From Paramoeba atlantica (taxonomy: Eukaryota; Protista; Discosea): DNA of 64,000 nucleotides. The stretch lies in contig CDRNVI010000003.1 of assembly GCA_977017575.1 (NCBI GenBank), positions 248,001-312,000 of the forward strand. Reading direction: 5' to 3'. The translations under genes were made by a program, and so were the position numbers. Below are positions 20,414 through 31,580 of this stretch, piece by piece (within the stretch, counting starts at the first letter, position 1; the number at the start of each line of letters is the position of its first letter). The notes below the pieces were generated by a model that had not been told where the DNA came from, made no database searches, and saw only the letters and a list, made by a program, of their open reading frames with translations.

Positions 20414-23260
20414 TTATTGACAATTATCTACGAACTTTCGTACATAAGTGCGTAGTCGAACTAGTATTTCTGGGTTGGGCGATACTAAATCTAGCGCTCT
20501 AAAGTATGTTAAAAACTGAGACACATCTGTATTATTCCTGAAAAGTCTTGCTTCTGAAAAGGGTTCTGTGAATCCTCTTGTTAAAGGATCAAGTGAATTT
20601 CTTCTTTTGTCAAACATCGAAATCAATGAGAGTCCGAGCTCTAAGCATCGACGAGCCTTTTGAGCGCAATCTATGATGTGTGAAGGTACTCCGCAATGGA
20701 AGGCCACAGGTAGGGCATGAGAATCTTGCGCCACGCAACCCTGTTTCTTGCGATAAGTGTAGCGAAGAGCAGATGTGGCTCCTTTTTCTAAACATACAGT
20801 CGCAGGGCTTTGTTGCAAGTGTAAGTGTTCCGAAACCTCAACGCGCATGGTGCTGATTTCGACCACGCGAGAATGAGGCTCCGATCGCAAGAAAGGACAC
20901 ATGCGCAGAGCTTCAGTGTAATGAGTAGAAAGACAAAAGTACGGATGGACGGTTTGCTTTGCTTTCAAAAAGTGAGAAATCACAGCAGAAAGCAGCGCTA
21001 CACCATCTTGCGCCAAAGTACCACGCCCAAATTCATCAATCAGAAAAAGTGGTGGAGCATAAAGGGTATCATGCGATACCCTACATAAACGTTTTTCATT
21101 ATTTTCATCCCGGCTGCACAGTGAAGCAAATCGCAACATACGGCTAACTTTTTGCAGATCCGATGCAAAGGAACGGTGTAACGAACTACCCATGCAAGAC
21201 AAAATAGCAGATACGGGACCCACATGGGCGGACTCTGCGGGAACAAAGGATCCAATGTGAACCATAAACACAAGCACACCGATTAGCTTTAAAAAAACAC
21301 TTTTTCCCGAGTTATTGGCTCCTGTTAGAAATAGGAACCTCCTAGCTTCGTTGTCAGCACTCCCAAACAGGAGATCATTGGCTATAATAGGATGAGAAGG
21401 TGTCGATGTTAGTAACGGGTGTCGGGCTTCTTGAAAACGAAGAATGGACTGTTTAGACAGAATCGGCCGAGTCCAGCCTCTTTGACTCGCCGTGAGAGAC
21501 AGTGCAAGAATGGCGTCTAGTATCCATACAACTTCCAACGTTTTTGGTGATAAAAATTGCTGAATAGCTTTATCTTTTGTAAAGGAATCTTCTAGTCCAT
21601 GAAGAACCACAACTTCAGCGTTCTTCAACGCTCCATGAATATCACCCAAAGAGTTGTCCAAGTCCTTCGTAGCTGCATTCTTAAACAATGCGTGTTCTTC
21701 CGTAGAAGAAATGTGTGACCAGTCATATTTTTGCGTGAGCTCATGTACTACAGTCTGGGGAGAGTCTTCTAGGTCTCTGAGACTAATTGATATTAAATAA
21801 CCGTACCGAGGAAAGAATAGGACAGATATAGTCAACTGTGAAGCAAGCTCTGTAGAAACATGACGAAGCTGTGTTCTCGCAACTTCCGTTAAATACTGAG
21901 GAAGCCGCTGGCGAACGTCGCAAAGCCGATCAAGCTCTGCATCACATCCTTCCCGAATGATATATTCTGACTTTTTCATGCTTTCCTCGAGATTTAGAAC
22001 GTTCACTATTTGGCATGCTGCATTCTGAAACTGCGTAAAATATTCTTTTACATTTGATGGGAAATTATCTTGACAGTATTGTCGTAAAAGACTTGGAAGA
22101 TGAACAAAAGGTTCTCCCGCAACGACGGGCAAACATTCATCGGTTTTCTCTGGCTCAAGAAAAAATCGTAACAAAGATATGTAGTTGTACAATATCTTGT
22201 ACATTTTGTACCAATCAACTACAGTACCTGCGCAATTCCGAATTTTAGCTGCAATTTTGTTTGGAGAATTAATGAATGAAAGGACCTCTCGTAGTACTTC
22301 AATTTTTCTTGATCCCATAAAGAATTCTATGGCGTCATATCGAGATTCTAAAACGTAACTATCATTAGTAGGATGTAAAAACCATGACCTCAGCAATGCG
22401 GACCCTTGACGCGTTTTTGTTTGTGCCATAATGCCGAAAAGAGAAAGTCCCTCTTTCGGTCGTCCGATGAGTTGATGTGAAGCTGGATGAGGGTCTGACT
22501 TGAAGATTTGAAGCTCAAGATAACACTCGTGGTCCACAAATACATGATCGCTCATGAAGTGTGGTATGACGTTAAATCGAAATCCCGTTCCTGCTGGGGT
22601 AGTATTTTTAAAACGTCGCACATGTGAAATCATGACACTCAACGCACATAAAACAGTGGGTGATTGTACATTAACATGTGAATGAATGAGATCAAATATT
22701 CTTTCGTCAACCGCATCAGAGTCGACAATGTATCCGTCATAGAACGTCAGTGCAGTAGGCGAGCCCCTCTCATTTTTTATAATACGAAGTGAAATCAATC
22801 TCTCACGAGCAGTATTCAAAGCAAATTCAATAGTATGCAAGTACTTCACCTTCGGTGGCAGGAGACGGAGAACACCTTCATCGCTTTCGGTACTATCAAA
22901 AAAAGCAGACGGCTTTCGAGAAGTATGCATTTGATGCGAATTATCCATACTGCTTTCATGTTTGCGGTACAAGGAAGTTGTAGAACAAGTGAGAACGTGA
23001 GGAAGAACAGTTTTTTCAGGCACCAAGTAAAGAGTAGGACGAATTGCCGCTCGAAATTGTTCCAAAAATAGAAAAGGTGGTCGGCAAGCATTTCGAACGA
23101 TTCCCAAAGAAAACACATGAGATTGAGTTAAGCTCTTTTCTGAAGGAACATCTGAAATTTCGTGAGTACTTAAACCTGAAGCATCCTTGTATATCGCGTA
23201 TCCAACATCGTCACCTCCAGGGCCCCAGCATAAAGCAACGATACAGTCCGTAAGCGACAT
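20414..23260 (-). CDS. MSH5: MutS homolog 5
   Basis: KEGLSLFGI..LLRSWFLHP (MSH5-typical), Walker A TGANNSGKSVFLKLIG, SFASDL, LIDEFGRGT, LSTHY. No N-terminal mismatch-binding domain. Confidence 0.9.
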   Translation of the reverse strand: MSLTDCIVALCWGPGGDDVGYAIYKDASGLSTHEISDVPSEKSLTQSHVFSLGIVRNACRPPFLFLEQFRAAIRPTLYLVPEKTVLPHVLTCSTTSLYRKHESSMDNSHQMHTSRKPSAFFDSTESDEGVLRLLPPKVKYLHTIEFALNTARERLISLRIIKNERGSPTALTFYDGYIVDSDAVDERIFDLIHSHVNVQSPTVLCALSVMISHVRRFKNTTPAGTGFRFNVIPHFMSDHVFVDHECYLELQIFKSDPHPASHQLIGRPKEGLSLFGIMAQTKTRQGSALLRSWFLHPTNDSYVLESRYDAIEFFMGSRKIEVLREVLSFINSPNKIAAKIRNCAGTVVDWYKMYKILYNYISLLRFFLEPEKTDECLPVVAGEPFVHLPSLLRQYCQDNFPSNVKEYFTQFQNAACQIVNVLNLEESMKKSEYIIREGCDAELDRLCDVRQRLPQYLTEVARTQLRHVSTELASQLTISVLFFPRYGYLISISLRDLEDSPQTVVHELTQKYDWSHISSTEEHALFKNAATKDLDNSLGDIHGALKNAEVVVLHGLEDSFTKDKAIQQFLSPKTLEVVWILDAILALSLTASQRGWTRPILSKQSILRFQEARHPLLTSTPSHPIIANDLLFGSADNEARRFLFLTGANNSGKSVFLKLIGVLVFMVHIGSFVPAESAHVGPVSAILSCMGSSLHRSFASDLQKVSRMLRFASLCSRDENNEKRLCRVSHDTLYAPPLFLIDEFGRGTLAQDGVALLSAVISHFLKAKQTVHPYFCLSTHYTEALRMCPFLRSEPHSRVVEISTMRVEVSEHLHLQQSPATVCLEKGATSALRYTYRKKQGCVAQDSHALPVAFHCGVPSHIIDCAQKARRCLELGLSLISMFDKRRNSLDPLTRGFTEPFSEARLFRNNTDVSQFLTYFRALDLVSPNPEILVRLRTYVRKFVDNCQ

Positions 23261-24339
23261 AGCAGTAATAATAAAGTATTACATAAAACGTTTACGGTAA
23301 AAGTACACCGAATAAAGATATTTCTAGTTTACAGGCAAGGAAGTAACCTTATCGAGCTTATTCACAAGTGAAGCGATTCGTATCGGGGTGAATCACTTCC
23401 TTTCAGACCTCAGCGCGCACCTTTTGGCTTACAGGCCCTTGAAAAAGGGGGAATACGGCGAAGCATTACGATTGCTGTGTGTGGAGTCTGTCCGCTTTAG
23501 TGTGGGACTTCTCAGCGCGGATTCACGGGGATTATGTCCCGACGGACCTGCATCGTGTGGTTACGCGCAGACGAGGGTGGTTACCAGACGAAAAGCCGAA
23601 GGACCCGCCCACTGTTGAACGTCGGAGATTTCACGGACCGTCAGTGCTGAAGCGGACCAACAATGGGCAAGGGTCCGACAGTGGAAACGGCCCTATGGGA
23701 GTGGTACTGAACGCCTCTCCTCAAACAGCAAAATGAAAGCCGAGCCGAACTGCGACTCCCGCATGACGTAACTCTTTCGAAAGTGACAATGGCATATAAA
23801 TACATAATTTATTTCTTTTTTAGGCTCTTCGTTAAACGCGGTGGTTGTTTTCAACTTAGAAGTCACTCATGTTGCGCGATTCACGTTGAAAACTACCAAC
23901 GCGTTTAACGAAGAGCCTAAAAAAGAAAAATCGCCAAAAGATCATGAATAATCTATTTTTTTGGGTAAAAAAGCTCGATTTTACGGCGAAAATTGCGAAA
24001 TTTCAACCCGAATTTGGGCCGTTTTTGATGCCTTACCAGTAGGGTCAGGAGGCGAATATGTCGAAAAAAACGTCGTAGAATGGTAGCTGAGGTCCCAAAC
24101 TCTCAAAATACGTTTTAGGAGTCGATTTTGGAAAAATAATATTTTTACTTTTTTTTGGGTCAATTTTTTTGGTCATCCCTAAAATTTCAGAAATTTTGAC
24201 CTTGTCGGACCCCTCCCTGCGCGTACCAGGGGGGGGTCACCCCCAGGGGGGGGTGGAAAATTATCGGCGCGGCCTACTCCACCACTTCCCTGCGCTCGAT
24301 TTTGAAAAGCAAAAAATTCGAAAATAATTTCGCGACGTA

Positions 24340-25145
24340 CAGTCAGTAAAAAAACCTTTCGAATGTTTCGAATTCTTTTTCTTTTGTATACAGCCATTGA
24401 TTAATTATCACTGTTGCGCTGGTAATGTGCGCTAGTAGTGTAGGCATGAGTGTCACCTAATAGTACCCATAGATAGTTCACCTCAGTTCGTTCTGCCCAA
24501 GAATTAAGAATAAATTTAACAAAAATTAGCATTCGAAAGGTGATTTTGCTACCTAACATAAATAAAATATTGCATCAAAAAATAGATAAAAAGTAATTGC
24601 CCAAGAGAGTATATACCCATAAATTTAATACTTTGTATTCCCCCCACGAGCCTTCAACACTGCTTTCATACGGGCAGGCATATTGTCCACCTGGGTACGA
24701 CATACTGAGGCCGGTATGTTCGCCCACTGCTTCTTAACCCTCTCCCACAACTCTCGGACCCCACTTGGCGGATCATCGTGGTCCGCAAGGCGCCGCTTGA
24801 GCTCCCCCCAAACATTCTCGATGGGGTTTAAGTCAGGTGACTGCGGGGGCCACCGCATGACTTCAAACCCGGTACCCTGGAGGTGCCGTTGCGCACACCG
24901 GCTGGTATGCTTGGGGTCGTTATCCTGTTGGAAGATAACATTTCCAGGATCCAAGCCCATGCCATCAATTGATGGGACAAGATTTTCCTGTAAAATCTCG
25001 ACGTACTGCTCTGCATTCAAGTTCCCTTGAACCAGACGCACATGTCCCACACGACTTTGGGACCCGCTATTATAAAGGATTTCGAAAACCCGCTATCATA
25101 AAGCTCCGAAATTCGCGTTTGTAAGTACCGTGGTATGGACCTCAT
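24340..25145 (-). mobile_element. Tc1-like element D (DD34E), one-ended and internally deleted
   Basis: One TIR CAGTCAGTAAAAAA after TA (24338-24339). C-terminal ORF 24625-25050 IFQQDNDPKH..WPPQSPDLNPIENVW..GGNTKY is joined directly to an N-terminal stub MRSIPRYLQTRISELYDSGF starting at 25145. Confidence 0.85.
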
Positions 25146-25214
25146 ACAGAGTGCAAAAATTAATCAAGAAAGTAATAGTGTAAATTTAACTTAATCCAAA
25201 GTTTCTTCTTTTCT

Positions 25215-25424
25215 ATGAGGCCCACACCACGGTACTTACAAACGCAAATTTCGGAGCTTTATGATAGCGGGTTTTCGATGAGTTACATTTCTGTTAATTT
25301 AAATCTAAGCATACCTACAGTTTCTAAAGTATTAAAGGCAGAAAGACCTGCTACTCGCAGGCTAAAGGGGGGTCGCCCTCGCAAGATTTCCGAGTCGTGC
25401 GCACGACGTGCGCGACGACTTGTG
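25215..25424 (+). pseudogene. Inverted N-terminal (HTH) fragment of Tc1 D transposase
   Basis: MRPTPRYLQTQISELYDSGFSMSYISVNLNLSIPTVSKVLK..GGRPRKIS. Its first 65 bp are an inverted copy of 25082-25146. Confidence 0.8.
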
Positions 25425-26118
25425 TTTTGGACCACCGTGGCCCCCTTTTATATATTTTTCTTCTATTATATTACTGTGTTCATCTAATATTTTCACTGTT
25501 TTTGTTCACTTTTTCAATAATCGAGGGTAGAGCGGTAGTTATACAACCACGGCAATGTACAGTTATACGAAGAGATACTGTATTTGTATATTTATACTTG
25601 TATATTTCTTTCCTTTCTGGTGGGCATGCCGATACAGCAATATCTGGCGCGTACATCGACACTGTGCAACACATGCGATTAATTTGTAGAATAGTTAAAA
25701 GACGAAATAGATAAGAACTATACTTGGAGAATGGCAGCAGACTCTGCAATGCGTTTAGACTTAAATTTTTTGAGGGGCTGAAGGAAGAGTTTACAGTCTC
25801 GTGTAAGTCTTCTCAGTGTTCTCACCTAGTTGCCCCGATTGACCGCTGACACCCTGAGAAGCCCGTAACATAGGCCTAACCTAACGTTCTTCGGCATGAA
25901 ACCGAGAAACGAAAAAACAATCTTTTACCCTATTCTGGTACATTCTCACCCATCCCGACCCAAAAATCAAATAACAATTTCAAATAATAATTTATAAAGC
26001 TCTCCTCAATCAACGGAGAGGTTTCCTCCTCTATACTGAACTGAATATTGAACTGAGTACTACGTAAGGTGGAAGAAAATTTACTTCTTTAGTGCTTATT
26101 TAGGCTTTAAGTAAAATC

Positions 26119-26775
26119 TCAATTTGTTGAATTTACAATTTTTGTCCTTGACCAAAAAATATGCCGCAGTGTTGATGGTAAAGTAGAAGAGATAATATTG
26201 CCTTCCAGATCAACATTCGAGCTGATATTAAGATACGTCAAATTTGAAGGGAGAGACGAGACATCTACATTGCCGCTAAATTGGTTTCCCCACACATCGA
26301 GTTGTTCGAGTCTTGAAGGAAGTTGTTCAAGATTCAATTTACCAGAAAATTTGTTTCCCGAAAGAAAGAGGCTTCGTAATCTGTGAGGAAGATTTGCCCA
26401 ATCGACTTCGCCATAGAATTGATTTTGCCGAATTTCTAATGCCTGTAGAGTGCTAGGAAGACGGTTCCATTGCAGAGTACCGGAAAGATCACGGAATGCC
26501 CAGTTGATGGATTCAATATACCTGTCGCCGTCACAACATACGCTCTCCCATTCGCAAGCAGGGATAATCGAATTCCATGAGGACAGAGGATTCCCAACGT
26601 TTTGAATGAACAGTTCCAATGAATATTCATCAGGAAGCGTTGCACCTCTTATTTTTCCGCAATGCATAGTTGTGGAATCCTTGCTGCGTGCAAACAACAA
26701 ATTAAATGAATAAGACGGAGACATCAGCGCACAGAATGAGAGATCACATAACATTAAAGTAAAATCTCGCGACAT
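26119..26775 (-). CDS. Small plant-type LRR protein (family member 1)
   Basis: GKIRGATLPDEY lead motif, cap ACEWESVCC, 22-aa repeats LPxxLxxLxLxxNxFxG. Confidence 0.88.
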   Translation of the reverse strand: MSRDFTLMLCDLSFCALMSPSYSFNLLFARSKDSTTMHCGKIRGATLPDEYSLELFIQNVGNPLSSWNSIIPACEWESVCCDGDRYIESINWAFRDLSGTLQWNRLPSTLQALEIRQNQFYGEVDWANLPHRLRSLFLSGNKFSGKLNLEQLPSRLEQLDVWGNQFSGNVDVSSLPSNLTYLNISSNVDLEGNIISSTLPSTLRHIFWSRTKIVNSTN

Positions 26776-26926
26776 TCTTTTTAGCGATTTACTAGCACTC
26801 TCATCAATATCTACTACAAACTCAAGGGTAATCTATTACAAACTCAAAAGTGCTTGACGTTGGCCTTCCTCCATAATGTAGCCTGTACCCCCAATATTCC
26901 CTTCAAGTTATCTGTACTTCGGTTAA

Positions 26927-27697
26927 TTAGCGCAGAAAAAATCCACCATTTATAGATTTTTTCCCTTGTCCATTAGGGTATTTCAATTTTAACTTTTCAT
27001 TACCCCCAATACCTAGCATATGTAGAGTGGCCGGTACAAGTTTTAAATTTAGCGTTCCTTCGAACTCGTTTCCGCGTAGATCTATTTGACAGAGTGTTGG
27101 AGGAAGGTTTTGTAGAACAATGGGACCACTAAAAAAATTATACCCTGCCAAAAGTGTTGAAATTTGTTTGGGTAAATGACAAAATGAAAGATCGCCGGTA
27201 AACTCATTAGAGTCAATCTCCAAAGAAAGGAGTCCTGGAGGCAAATGGGCACCAAGCTCGACATTCCCAGTGAAAAAATTCTTGCTAATCGTTAATTTTT
27301 CCAATGTGACAGGAAGACTGCAAAAATCGAATTCTCCATGAAGTCGGTTCATATCAGCATGAAATTGCCGCAATCGACCTGGAAGATCAGAGGTGTTTAA
27401 AGTACAATTTATTTGGTTTTGTCGAAGGTCAATGAGCAAGACACTGTCAGGAATAAATTCCCAGTTTAAGGATCCGGAAAAAAATCTCGATGGCCAACAT
27501 AACTGAACAGGCTCCTCGTCCTTCCAGATTACGCCTCGCCACGAGGAAGGAGGTAAACTGAATTCATTTCGAAATGTGACCATGTCTTTGACTAGCTTTG
27601 CAAGTTGAAACTCAACGGGCATAGACGCCCCACGCGTCTTGTAGCCTACCCGAGGTGCAATAGGATCGGCACAGTGCACCAGGAGAGCCATTATCAA
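26927..27697 (-). CDS. Small LRR protein (member 2)
   Basis: KTRGASMPVEF lead motif, SSWRGVIW, about seven LPxxL..N.F.G repeats. ATG at about 27691. Confidence 0.88.
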   Translation of the reverse strand: MIMALLVHCADPIAPRVGYKTRGASMPVEFQLAKLVKDMVTFRNEFSLPPSSWRGVIWKDEEPVQLCWPSRFFSGSLNWEFIPDSVLLIDLRQNQINCTLNTSDLPGRLRQFHADMNRLHGEFDFCSLPVTLEKLTISKNFFTGNVELGAHLPPGLLSLEIDSNEFTGDLSFCHLPKQISTLLAGYNFFSGPIVLQNLPPTLCQIDLRGNEFEGTLNLKLVPATLHMLGIGGNEKLKLKYPNGQGKKSINGGFFLR

Positions 27698-27940
27698 AGC
27701 TGTAATAAATTAGTACAAAATTAATAATTTGAAGCAAAAAAGTGAGTCTCAATATATTGTGACCAGAAATTCATGATTTCATCGTGATTAAGTGCCAAAT
27801 ACACCGCGTACTTTTTTTGATGCACGTGATTTGTACTCTATGTTCGTTTATAATACTATCTCTATGCTACTTGAGATTTGAGGAGCTTATCTCAAATGAC
27901 CAGTGCCATGAGATAGCACCCCGTTGCTACCTGTATCTCT

Positions 27941-28894
27941 TCACAAAAAGTATTCACAGGGCGGTTGTTTAGCACATATCCCACGGTGCTCGGCGGGACA
28001 CGCCTCGAAATATTTCACAGAGGTATACGGCTCGATGCATCCCCCCGGAGAGGTTCCCTCTACATCATCCGAGTGTATGGTTAACATCGACGCCACGTTA
28101 CCGCAGCGGTAGACATAATTCGGGGCACTCCACACCGTGACCAGGGTGCCCCCGAACCAGCTTTTGTAGCCTTCCATCACAAGCTGGTGCGCTCGAGCGA
28201 CCAGGGAGAGCGTGTTGCGGGCTAGAAACTCCCGCACGACATCGGCGCCGAAAACGTACCCCGCCCCACGGGGTGAAAATCCCCACCCCGAGATCCCCTC
28301 CTCCGGGTCGGACCACAACAAGTCCGCCATCGCGCCCTCCGCCGGGATCTCCTGCCTGCGGTCAATACACCGAATCTGGTCCAGCGTCGACAGCGCGGGG
28401 CTCAGCCCCCCGTGTACACAAAACACCCGCTGCTCCACCACCGCACACAACGGGAGGTAGTCGAACAGCTCCGTACAGGTGCGCCACACATTCACGCTGC
28501 CGTACTTCCGCAGACACTCATCATAGAACCCGTAGACCTGGGTGACTTGTCGACTCTCGTGGTTCCCCCGGAGGAGCGTCACCCGGTCCGGCCACCGTAC
28601 CTTTAGCGCGAGGAGAAACAGAAACGTCTCGACGCTGTTAAACCCGCGGTCGACGAAATCCCCCATAAAGACGTAGTTCGTCTCGGGGACCTGCCCGCCG
28701 TGACGGAAGAGCTCCAGGAGGTCGTAGAACTGCCCGTGGAGGTCGCCGCAGAGCGTGACGGGGGCGTAGACCACCTCGACGTTGTTCTCCTCCATGAAGA
28801 GGTCACGAGCGCGGAAGCAGAGCTCGTAGACGGATTTCTCCGGAATCACCTCGGCGCGTCGCAGGGCCTCGATGATTTCCTGGATGTCAAACAT
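27941..28894 (-). CDS. PPP4C: Ser/Thr protein phosphatase 4 catalytic subunit (PP2A/4/6 family)
   Basis: GDLHGQ, GDFVDRG, RGNHE, SAPNY..RCGN, C-terminal [13 protein letters not shown] and YGSVNVWR match PP4. Codons strongly GC-ending. Confidence 0.9.
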   Translation of the reverse strand: MFDIQEIIEALRRAEVIPEKSVYELCFRARDLFMEENNVEVVYAPVTLCGDLHGQFYDLLELFRHGGQVPETNYVFMGDFVDRGFNSVETFLFLLALKVRWPDRVTLLRGNHESRQVTQVYGFYDECLRKYGSVNVWRTCTELFDYLPLCAVVEQRVFCVHGGLSPALSTLDQIRCIDRRQEIPAEGAMADLLWSDPEEGISGWGFSPRGAGYVFGADVVREFLARNTLSLVARAHQLVMEGYKSWFGGTLVTVWSAPNYVYRCGNVASMLTIHSDDVEGTSPGGCIEPYTSVKYFEACPAEHRGICAKQPPCEYFL

Positions 28895-29058
28895 GGAGAA
28901 AAAGGAGGGGGCGGGGGGAAGAAAGTTATGGGCCCTAGAAAATGGTTGTTGAGGCGTAGTGAAAAAATGAGTGTAGAGATGAACGAATGTAGGTGAGAAA
29001 ATAATTGTCCGGTTTTAAAAAAGGAAGAAAAAAGGCGGATAAAGTATTGGACAACGAG

Positions 29059-30108
29059 TTAATCAAATTTGAGGTCTTTTTCAAAAGGAGTGTTGTGACG
29101 TAAATGCCAAGGAAAAAGAAAAAAATATAGGATGTACGTCGCGTGGTTAAATTTACCAGGTTGCTCCACAGCTTTGGGACAAGTTCCAAGTGTTGAAACA
29201 ATATTGTTTAAAATTTCATCCGTGCTGAGAAATTTCTCTGCGACTGAGTATCCCTCCGTAGATTTAGAAACGCTGTGCTTTTTTATCGAAAAAAACACAG
29301 ATGGAAGTTTGTGCCAAATACCCAAAAAAAGATCGCAGGCGTGAGCGTTTGATGTGTAGTAGAATTCTCGAGTCGTTTTATCCAAGCATAACATATGCAA
29401 ATGCCAAGCGGTAAAAATACTAAGCGCCAGTGATACTGACCCACATAGAAAAAGACAGAAACGAAGCAAAGGAGAAGCCAGAACAACACTACCTGATACC
29501 TTGTGATAAAGATGGGATGCACACGCTCGTTCGTGGTACGTCATCCATTCAAGAAAAATCCCCATCAGCAAAATCGTGCAATAAGTAGTAAAGGTCCATA
29601 AATATATTATAAAGAGAATAAAGTACTTAAAATTGAGTATCCCGACGCATTGGTTGATCCAAAAACAGTGGTGATCTCTGCGTGATATACAATACCCACA
29701 AATGTAACAGTGCCAAGCTCGAGAGGGAATCAAATCTGTTGGACGACATTCTGTACAAAAATGAGTATTTGCCCATGTTTGCGACAGTTTCACAATAGGT
29801 GCTTTATGCCCAGTTGCTGACTCATAAGCTACTTTTCCGGGGTTTGTAAAAATAGCAAAAACGTAACTCATCAGCATTCCGTAGGAAAAAATACCAAGGA
29901 GCAAGTAATGCACACCACGTGATATGTGACTTGATTGAACACATATGGAAGGTGAGATTAGAAACCAAAATACGTAGAGCACAAGACACATGAGAATGGT
30001 AGCAAAAAAGATACTAAACACGCCAAAGAGGAAACCAAGCCATGAATACAGCTTTGTGATGCAAATTTTCTTCCTACCTGATATGGTAGCAGAAAATAGC
30101 TTTTTCAT
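29059..30108 (-). CDS. DHHC palmitoyltransferase
   Basis: CTEC..PSRAWHCYICGYCISRRDHHCFWINQCVG..NFKYF with four hydrophobic segments. Confidence 0.95.
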   Translation of the reverse strand: MKKLFSATISGRKKICITKLYSWLGFLFGVFSIFFATILMCLVLYVFWFLISPSICVQSSHISRGVHYLLLGIFSYGMLMSYVFAIFTNPGKVAYESATGHKAPIVKLSQTWANTHFCTECRPTDLIPSRAWHCYICGYCISRRDHHCFWINQCVGILNFKYFILFIIYLWTFTTYCTILLMGIFLEWMTYHERACASHLYHKVSGSVVLASPLLRFCLFLCGSVSLALSIFTAWHLHMLCLDKTTREFYYTSNAHACDLFLGIWHKLPSVFFSIKKHSVSKSTEGYSVAEKFLSTDEILNNIVSTLGTCPKAVEQPGKFNHATYILYFFLFPWHLRHNTPFEKDLKFD

Positions 30109-30442
30109 GCAAAAACGTTGTAAGGCTATGACTCAACAACGCATAACTCAACATTGCATCACGTCAGGTGTTTTGCAAAGTTATTCTGCACTCCTTCATT
30201 GTAACATGATTCGCGATAAAACCATAAAAATAATTGTACGTGCATTTCGTTTTACAGATCTGCTGCCAAAGCGTACTCGATTGGTCAAAGAAACATACTC
30301 CTTATGTCACTAAAAACAAATTTTCATTATAAGACATACCAAACGCCTAGAATCCCTTTTACCCCAAAAACTGTTTTGATTGGCTTATACACCTACGATA
30401 ACATCAAAAGTTATATTTTTTCACATTGCTTCGCTTACTATC

Positions 30443-31237
30443 TTACTCTTCAAGAATTTGGTGATCTGTGAGTGCTGGGTGAAAATCTTCACTTTGAATA
30501 TCTGGAATAAAAGATGAAAACTGATTCTGCGTTAAGTCAAGTAGGAAAAGAGAAACAGGAAGAGTAGTCATATTCACTGCACCACTTAAACGGTTGTTTG
30601 ATAGCTTTATTTCCATAATCGTTTCTGGTAAAGTACTCAAATCAATGCTTCCGGTGAATCGATTGCCGGAAAGTTTGAGGAGTTGTATTTTTGGCGGAAG
30701 TGAACGCAGGTCAAGAGTGCCAGAAAAATTACAATTGTTGAGCTCAAGTGCAACAAGCGAGGACGGAAGTGCCGAAAGGTCGACTGGCCCCACAAACTCG
30801 TTATTCGAAAGATAAACATCTGTGAGTTCTTCAGGCCATTGATCAACGTTAATTTCCCCATTAAATCGATTGTGCAATAAATACAAAGCTCTCAGTTCAC
30901 GAGGAAGCGATTCGAACGGGACGGAACCGAAAAGTATGTTGTTCGCAAGCGACAGATGCTTTAGACTACTTGGTAGACATGAGAAGTTAACTTCCCCAGT
31001 CAGTAACATGTAACTCCATGTAATTTCTTGCACGTATCCTTGGTCGTTGCAGTACACGCCACTCCACTTACACCCTGGGACGGACGTGTTCCACGACGAA
31101 TGTCTTTTTTGCACAATACCTCTCACGACACGGTCCAAATCATACTCAACAGGGAGAGAGGCGCCACGAATTTTACCAACGCGTCCGGTTGTGACTTCCG
31201 CGCCCAGGACATAGAAGTACTGAGTCAGGAAAGGCAT
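30443..31237 (-). CDS. Small LRR protein (member 3)
   Basis: GRVGKIRGASLPVEY, cap GCKWSGVYC, about eight LRRs. Confidence 0.9.
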   Translation of the reverse strand: MPFLTQYFYVLGAEVTTGRVGKIRGASLPVEYDLDRVVRGIVQKRHSSWNTSVPGCKWSGVYCNDQGYVQEITWSYMLLTGEVNFSCLPSSLKHLSLANNILFGSVPFESLPRELRALYLLHNRFNGEINVDQWPEELTDVYLSNNEFVGPVDLSALPSSLVALELNNCNFSGTLDLRSLPPKIQLLKLSGNRFTGSIDLSTLPETIMEIKLSNNRLSGAVNMTTLPVSLFLLDLTQNQFSSFIPDIQSEDFHPALTDHQILEE

Positions 31238-31580
31238 ACCGTGAGCGTTTGTTGTGATGATTTACAAACTGTACGGTAAAATAAATGGTTTCTAAAGCTC
31301 TATTTGAAAAGGTAAATAATTATTAGGAGGAAATGATATCTTTGTAATTGACAACCATAAATCGTATGAGTGGAAGATACATATAAAACAATAAGCAAAA
31401 ACAAAGTAGAAAATTAGTCATAGTTATACATTGCTATGGATGATAGCGCCAAGTGGTATTGTCCTTTGAATTTCATGCCCTCTCTATGGCTCGTAGTCGA
31501 AAAAAGAACTCATGGTGAGACTGACTAACACTAATTGGAGCCGCATAACTTCCCAAATACTGTTCGAAACAGCATCTGTT

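Larger units (their letters stand above)
23810..25557 (+). mobile_element. Composite repeat family E, copy 2 (hosts Tc1 D)
   Basis: Aligns to copy 1 in three blocks, contains palindrome 23823-23917, ends ..CAACCACGGCAATG then TA (25558-25559). Confidence 0.7.

Noticed and set aside
816-25557. Fanzor/TnpB nuclease associated with the Tc1 or pogo elements
   Set aside because: No ORF shows RuvC motifs with a zinc finger; the only cargo recognised is the Ulp1 domain.
25800-25875. Single-hairpin H/ACA-like snoRNA (TTCTCAGTGT..ACACCCTGAGAA)
   Set aside because: Only a weak stem is present, with no convincing pocket or target, so it is not supportable without a covariance search.
28098-28996. Several overlapping short ORFs across PP4 (and likewise across VP1 and the TBC gene)
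   Set aside because: Alternative-frame or antisense shadows of GC-rich coding sequence with no recognisable motifs.
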